Shown: piece by piece, positions 28,486-32,000 of the stretch
Position numbering within the stretch: the stretch's first letter is position 1
Layout of the letters: every line of letters starts with the position of its first letter
NCBI RefSeq assembly: GCF_900232105.1
Contig: NZ_LT934425.1
Span: forward strand, 2,100,001 to 2,132,000
Source: Candidatus Kuenenia stuttgartensis
Lineage (GTDB): Bacteria > Planctomycetota > Brocadiia > Brocadiales > Brocadiaceae
Length of the DNA stretch: 32,000 nt
Direction of reading: 5' to 3'
Notes under the pieces: model-generated
Database searches by the model: none
What the model was told of the DNA's origin: nothing
Seen by the model: only the letters and a program-made list of their open reading frames with translations
Made by a program: the position numbers and the translations under genes

Positions 28486-28671
28486 TCAACGGCTTTCTTT
28501 TTTACAAAAAATCTGGAATATACCCAATTCCATATAGAGCACCTGCTTGTAGAGGAAAACAAGGGCATTTAACGCCTGATTCCTGGTGTTTGCTGCAACA
28601 TTTTGCGGTGGCCAGAAATGAAATATATTGTGCAACTTCCTTTTCTCCCAGTCACATATCAAACAAATCAA
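28486..28671 (-). pseudogene. Remnant of a tyrosine recombinase (integron-integrase/Xer-like N-terminal SAM-like domain)
   Basis: The translation ...IFHFWPPQNVAANTRNQALNALVFLYKQVLYMELG matches the conserved (V/A)AxxTxNQALxAL(V/L)FLYxxVL block of the integrase N-terminal core-binding domain. The frame has a stop just upstream and ends prematurely. It is sandwiched between the IS1634 element and a MITE. Confidence 0.55.
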
Positions 28672-28692
28672 ATTCGTGAAGGCTTAATTTTC

Positions 28693-28968
28693 GTAACACT
28701 TTAGTTTTTTGAAAAATGTATTACCTATAAGCTCCGTAGGAGTGGCCTGTTTGTAGCAAAATAGAATATTATAACAGATATTAGCTCCGTTAGGAGCGAC
28801 CTGTCTCTTGTAAATCCATATTAAACAGGTCTGCCTGAATACGGACAGGCCGCTCCTACGGAGCTATTTACCTTATTGAATTTTATTGCGCTACAAACAG
28901 ACCGCCCCTGACGGGGCTACATGGTATTTTTTCTATCACGGGAATTTTTCAAAAAACTAAAGTGTTAC
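28693..28968. mobile_element. 276-bp foldback MITE-like element (25-bp perfect TIRs, 8-bp TSD)
   Basis: The TIR GTAACACTTTAGTTTTTTGAAAAAT at 28693-28717 has an exact reverse complement at 28944-28968. The direct repeat TAATTTTC sits at 28685-28692 and 28969-28976. The interior carries four copies of an AGCTCCGTAGGAGCGxCCTGT-type module (28730-28757 and 28783-28805 forward; 28844-28865 and 28890-28918 inverted) that pair as nested stems. Confidence 0.85.
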
Positions 28969-29530
28969 TAATTTTCTCATATCACAAAACGCATGTTTGA
29001 ATCCGTAAGATTCTGCAAACATCGGAAACAAATTTTTTCCCAGATACCGTGGGACGCAAAAGTATATCCCGCATGCAGTCACAAAAAAAATATTGCTGCA
29101 ATAATAACCTTGTATTTCAGTGATTCTTTTACCCGGATAAGATAATTTATTTCATAATTACAGAAAAGAATATAGTATTGGGGAAAAAGTGGAAAAGTTG
29201 TCATAACAAAGTTGCCCGGGTTTAAGGATTTTTGGTATGTATCATATCCTCGGTTGAGGGTTATTTCTGTCATGAAACGAATGAACAAATCAGCTTCATA
29301 TATTTATGAAACAAAATAGTTAACCGCACGGAGTATCTCTGTTCACATATTTCCAATATAGGTAAAATTTGAATATGTGCCTTGCAATTCTTTATTTTTA
29401 TAAGTGCTTTTTGTTCTGATGTAAAATATTTAACGTGCCTTCAAATAGAGAAAAGCCATCAAGGATCAGCTTTCAGGCGTTCATAATTTTTATATACGTA
29501 TTCTTGCTGGCAATTTGTTGTACAAACAAG

Positions 29531-29643
29531 CAGTCATCATGTTTCATTTGCAACACCCAGAAACGATGAAAATGGTTTTATAACCATATCATATTGCGGT
29601 ACCTGTGCTTGAGCTATTTTTTGTAGTTTTACTTTCGAGTCGA
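29531..29643. repeat. Direct repeat copy 1 (about 113 bp)
   Basis: CAGTCATCATGTTTCATTTGCAACACCCAGAAACGATGAAAATGGTTTTATAACCATATC... recurs at 29995. The first ~60 nt are identical except for one A indel. The remainder has about 12 substitutions. Confidence 0.85.
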
Positions 29644-29750
29644 AAACATCTGGCATTTCTGTTTCTGTACCGGTTCAAATGTATAGGGCCATCCAAAAGG
29701 TATCAGCTTGTAATTTACAAGGTCTCTGCTTGTCATTGCAGGGGGGGGGC

Positions 29751-29966
29751 TCCGCTTGTCATTGCGAGGGTCTTTTCCGAAGCAATCAATATACTACGAG
29801 ATATTTTGTGACATAAGAGACGCCATATCGCGGGAGAAAGAAGCAAATTAAGGGTGGCTCAAGGGCTAAAAAATAGAATTAATTAATGGAATGAATGCAG
29901 GATGGAAGGATCTCTATTACGGTTTATGAGGTTGCTTCGGAAAAGACCCTCGCAATGACAAAGCGG
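29751..29966. repeat. 34-bp inverted-repeat pair of the 'GTCATTGCGAGG...CGAAGCAA' type, enclosing 146 bp
   Basis: The left arm CCGCTTGTCATTGCGAGGGTCTTTTCCGAAGCAA (29752-29785) pairs with the right arm TTGCTTCGGAAAAGACCCTCGCAATGACAAAGCGG (29932-29966), with one extra A. A partial tandem copy CTGCTTGTCATTGCA and a G9 run (29741-29749) lie immediately upstream. Confidence 0.85.
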
Positions 29967-29994
29967 ATACCCGCGTAATGACAAAATGAGTCAT

Positions 29995-30108
29995 CAGTCA
30001 TCATGTTTCATTTGCAACACCCAGAAACGATGAAAAATGGTTTTATAACCATATCGTGTTGTAGTATCTGTACTTAAACTATTTTTTGTAGTCTTATTTT
30101 CGAGCCAG
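29995..30108. repeat. Direct repeat copy 2 (about 114 bp)
   Basis: See copy 1. It has the same orientation, 464 bp downstream. Confidence 0.85.
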
Positions 30109-30167
30109 ATCGGTCATGTTAGTCTTTTTTCAAGCGTAATTTTTTAATCTGAAAGAGTCAAAGCAGG

Positions 30168-30479
30168 TTGAAATGCAAGAATTTACTGGAATATCGTTTA
30201 AGAGTAAGATATTTTCACCAGGCAGATATAAGTATGATTGACCACAAGCTAAACAAATTATATGAATCTACTAATCGCCTAATCAAAACAATACTAGTTC
30301 GTGCAGGTGCAATACCAGTTTTGGTAGATTCTGGCCCCATTACCTGGAATATGGATGTGGGGAAACTCAAGATTAAGCTTGAGGATGAGATTGATAGAAA
30401 AGGGAATAAGAAAATAAAGGTGATTATGGTAGTTCATATCTACGGTCTTCCGGTTATATTGGCCGGATTTAGATGTTGA
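30168..30479 (+). pseudogene. Fragment of a DegT/DnrJ/EryC1/StrS-family aminotransferase
   Basis: The segment RAGAIPVLVDSGPITWNMDVGKLKIKLEDEI....KIKVIMVVHIYGLPV matches the family's central block GAxPVFVDxdxxTxNxDxxxLExxI...t(K/R)aIxxVHxxGxP. Only about 60-70 residues of a ~370-aa protein are present, and the PLP-Lys region is missing. Confidence 0.5.
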
Positions 30480-30596
30480 TCTGGAAATTGACAACCTTGA
30501 AAATCCGTAAAAATATCCTTTAAAATCAAAAGTAGATAAAGGATAAACCTTCTTTGAGGTAAAGATTTTTATAGAAAAAACGGAGGACTTGCATTT

Positions 30597-31586
30597 ATGG
30601 AGGTGTTCAATCCACACGACAAATTTTTCAAAGAGACATTTTCCATACGGGAGAATGCAATCGATTTTCTTCGCGGGACGTTTCCCCCGGAAATTTTAAA
30701 AAAGCTGGATTTATCCACTTTAACACAGGATAATAACTCATATATCGACGAGGAACTCAAAGAACATTTTTCAGACATTGTATACACCTGTTTCTGTAAA
30801 GACAAAGAACTCCGGATAACCCTTTTATTCGAGCATAAGAGTTATGCCGTAGCATGTCCATATCTACAGTTGATGAAATACCTTTTAAAGATATGGGAAT
30901 CGAACAGCAAACAGGCGCAAAGGCTCATACCGGTAATTCCGGTGATATTGTATCATGGCAAAGAGACGTGGAACGTCAGGCGATTCAGAGACTATTTTGA
31001 AGGGATAGACGAGGTATTCTTTAGATTTATACCGGAGTTTGAATATCTGCTGACTGATCTGAGTTTCTACAGTAACGAGGAAATAAAGGACAAGGTATTT
31101 AGAAGGGCATCCCTTCAAATAACCATGTTATTAATGAGGAACATATATAATGACAAAATTCTGGGAGATAAGCTAAAGGTATTCTTTGAAATAGGGAAGC
31201 AGTATTTTGAAGAGGGTGAAGGATTAAAGTTTCTGGAAAGTGTAATCAGGTATTTGTACTATGCGTCGGATATATCGGAAGAACGGGTAATAGATACCCT
31301 GAAAGAGGTATCAGAGGAAGGAGGTAAATTGAGTATGACAATAGCGGCTCGATTAATAGAGAAAGGCAAGTTGGCTGGTATAGAGGAAGGCAGAAAGGAA
31401 GGCAAAGAGGAAGGCAGGATAGAAGGCAGAGCGGAAGGTGCGATAGAGGGCGAGAGGAAGGGAAGGTTAAAAGGTAGGATAGAGGGCATAATGGAGGGCT
31501 GGAAAGATGGCGAGTGGAAGGGTGAAAGGAAAGGTCGGATAAAAGGTCTAAGGCACTGTCCAAAAATAATTTGGTATTTTTATTAA
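30597..31586 (+). CDS. Rpn/YhgA-like PD-(D/E)xK nuclease ('putative transposase', Transposase_31/TIGR01784), 3' end replaced by IS sequence
   Basis: 329 aa. The N-terminus NPHDKFFKETFSIRENAIDFLRGTFPPEI, and SDIVY...RITLLFEHKS (D...E-x-K), are typical of the family. The C-terminal 64 aa are 16 consecutive x-x-x-G tetrapeptides. The last 11-12 codons run into the terminal repeat of the adjacent ISAzo13-like element. Confidence 0.85.
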   Translation: MEVFNPHDKFFKETFSIRENAIDFLRGTFPPEILKKLDLSTLTQDNNSYIDEELKEHFSDIVYTCFCKDKELRITLLFEHKSYAVACPYLQLMKYLLKIWESNSKQAQRLIPVIPVILYHGKETWNVRRFRDYFEGIDEVFFRFIPEFEYLLTDLSFYSNEEIKDKVFRRASLQITMLLMRNIYNDKILGDKLKVFFEIGKQYFEEGEGLKFLESVIRYLYYASDISEERVIDTLKEVSEEGGKLSMTIAARLIEKGKLAGIEEGRKEGKEEGRIEGRAEGAIEGERKGRLKGRIEGIMEGWKDGEWKGERKGRIKGLRHCPKIIWYFY

Positions 31587-32000
31587 TTTAGTTAAGTGAA
31601 ATTGTATAATTCCAATCTGGCAAGACACTGTGTTTGTTTATGTTTATTTCTTTCATTTGGTCATCAGTGATTTTGATTCCTTTTTGGTATTCTTTCTCGT
31701 TAAGAATGGCTTGTACGAGAAGACCCGCTCTTGTTGTAGTGCCAGCAATTAAACTTAGCATAACATCATAAGACCTCAAAGGATTCCCTTCCCAATTTTT
31801 ACTGATAAAACTAAACAGACGATGTTCTACCGGATTCCATTTTGATGCTCCTGAGGGATAGTGGCAAATCCTGATGGAGAGTCCGTAAACTTTACAAATA
31901 TTTTGATAAAGCGCATATTTCCACAACCGGGGACGAAATCCGTTGCTCCCTCCTGCGTCACAAAGAATAAGGAGTTCTTTTGCGCATGGATACCTCTTCC
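31552..32000 (-). mobile_element. Second, divergent ISAzo13-like insertion sequence (left end only; continues past window end)
   Basis: The terminal sequence GGCACTGTCCAAAAATAATTTGGTA (31552-31576) resembles the terminal repeat of the first copy (GGCTCTGTAAATAAATAAAGGTA) and sits at the same position relative to the transposase stop. The composition is AT-rich like the host. Confidence 0.7.
31588..32000 (-). CDS. ISAzo13-family transposase, C-terminal part (ORF open to window edge)
   Basis: The track lists only 31588-31926 from an internal Met. The frame stays open to position 32000 (...KRYPCAKELLILCDAGGSNGFRPRLWKYALYQ...). It is clearly homologous to the 8189-9421 transposase (CDAGGSNG / ITADGGGSNG; CHYPSGASKWNPVEHRLFSF / CHFPLGTSKWNKIEHRLFSF) but diverged. 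Confidence 0.85.
   Translation of the reverse strand, partial: KRYPCAKELLILCDAGGSNGFRPRLWKYALYQNICKVYGLSIRICHYPSGASKWNPVEHRLFSFISKNWEGNPLRSYDVMLSLIAGTTTRAGLLVQAILNEKEYQKGIKITDDQMKEININKHSVLPDWNYTISLN

Noticed and set aside
28685-28976. The palindromic elements read as integron attC sites or cassettes next to the integrase remnant
   Set aside because: Both elements carry exact 8-bp direct duplications (transposition, not site-specific recombination). Their ends fit RYYYAAC/GTTRRRY poorly, and 276 bp is well outside the usual attC size. The integrase is a small fragment.
28977-29288. Minus-strand hydrophobic ORF (29079-29288) that continues in another frame (…VTACGIYFCVPRYLGKNLFPMFAESYGF…) after an A8/T8 run
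   Set aside because: It may be a frameshifted membrane or glycosyltransferase-like pseudogene, but I cannot assign a family or confirm the frameshift. It is mentioned only as context for the DegT fragment.
29605-29811. 68-aa plus-strand ORF (…CHCRGGAPLVIARVFSEAI…)
   Set aside because: It is created by reading through direct-repeat copy 1, the G9 tract and the CATTGCGAGG palindrome arm. Repeat-derived ORFs of this kind are typical annotation artefacts.
29531-30108. Possible CRISPR array
   Set aside because: There are only two repeat copies, each ~113 bp and ~89% identical with a 351-bp spacer, and no cas genes. This does not fit CRISPR geometry.
31246-31563. Two minus-strand ORFs rich in L/P/S repeats
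   Set aside because: They are the reverse complement of the tetrapeptide-repeat region of the Rpn gene.

Overview
Low-GC (about 40% by eye) bacterial chromosomal window. Gene content and repeat types fit a planctomycete, possibly an anammox (Brocadiales-type) genome, but that is a guess I cannot test here. Positions 1-26.3 kb are mostly core genes. They comprise a minus-strand operon (NirJ/AhbD-like radical-SAM/SPASM protein, Cache-HAMP histidine kinase, receiver-only response regulator, transglutaminase-like lipoprotein), two TPR lipoproteins, and a Soj-type ParA followed by a non-ParB partner. Next come birA, a groEL-groES-groEL cluster, dnaJ, a zinc-ribbon/yacG/membrane-protein trio, der, a membrane-anchored methyltransferase coupled to uvrD/pcrA, and nifS-iscU-tusA. 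One complete ISAzo13-like IS interrupts this region at 8.2-9.5 kb, and a 126-bp MITE sits at 16.8 kb. Positions 26.3-32 kb are an accessory graveyard. It holds an intact IS1634-family IS with a 6-bp TSD, tyrosine-recombinase and DegT aminotransferase remnants, and a 276-bp foldback MITE with an 8-bp TSD. It also holds a 113-bp direct-repeat pair around a 34-bp inverted repeat, an Rpn (YhgA-like PD-(D/E)xK) nuclease gene with a 16x tetrapeptide tail, and a second, divergent ISAzo13-like IS that clips that gene. I could not establish a clearly novel multi-gene system. The best leads are the ParA plus disordered membrane-anchored partner pair, the Rpn gene with an internal SD/ATG (possible intragenic antitoxin), the radical-SAM enzyme with three PCP_red-like C-terminal modules in a two-component operon, and two GTAA-ended MITEs with 8-bp TSDs that have no autonomous partner in the window. 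No rRNA, tRNA or CRISPR array was seen.
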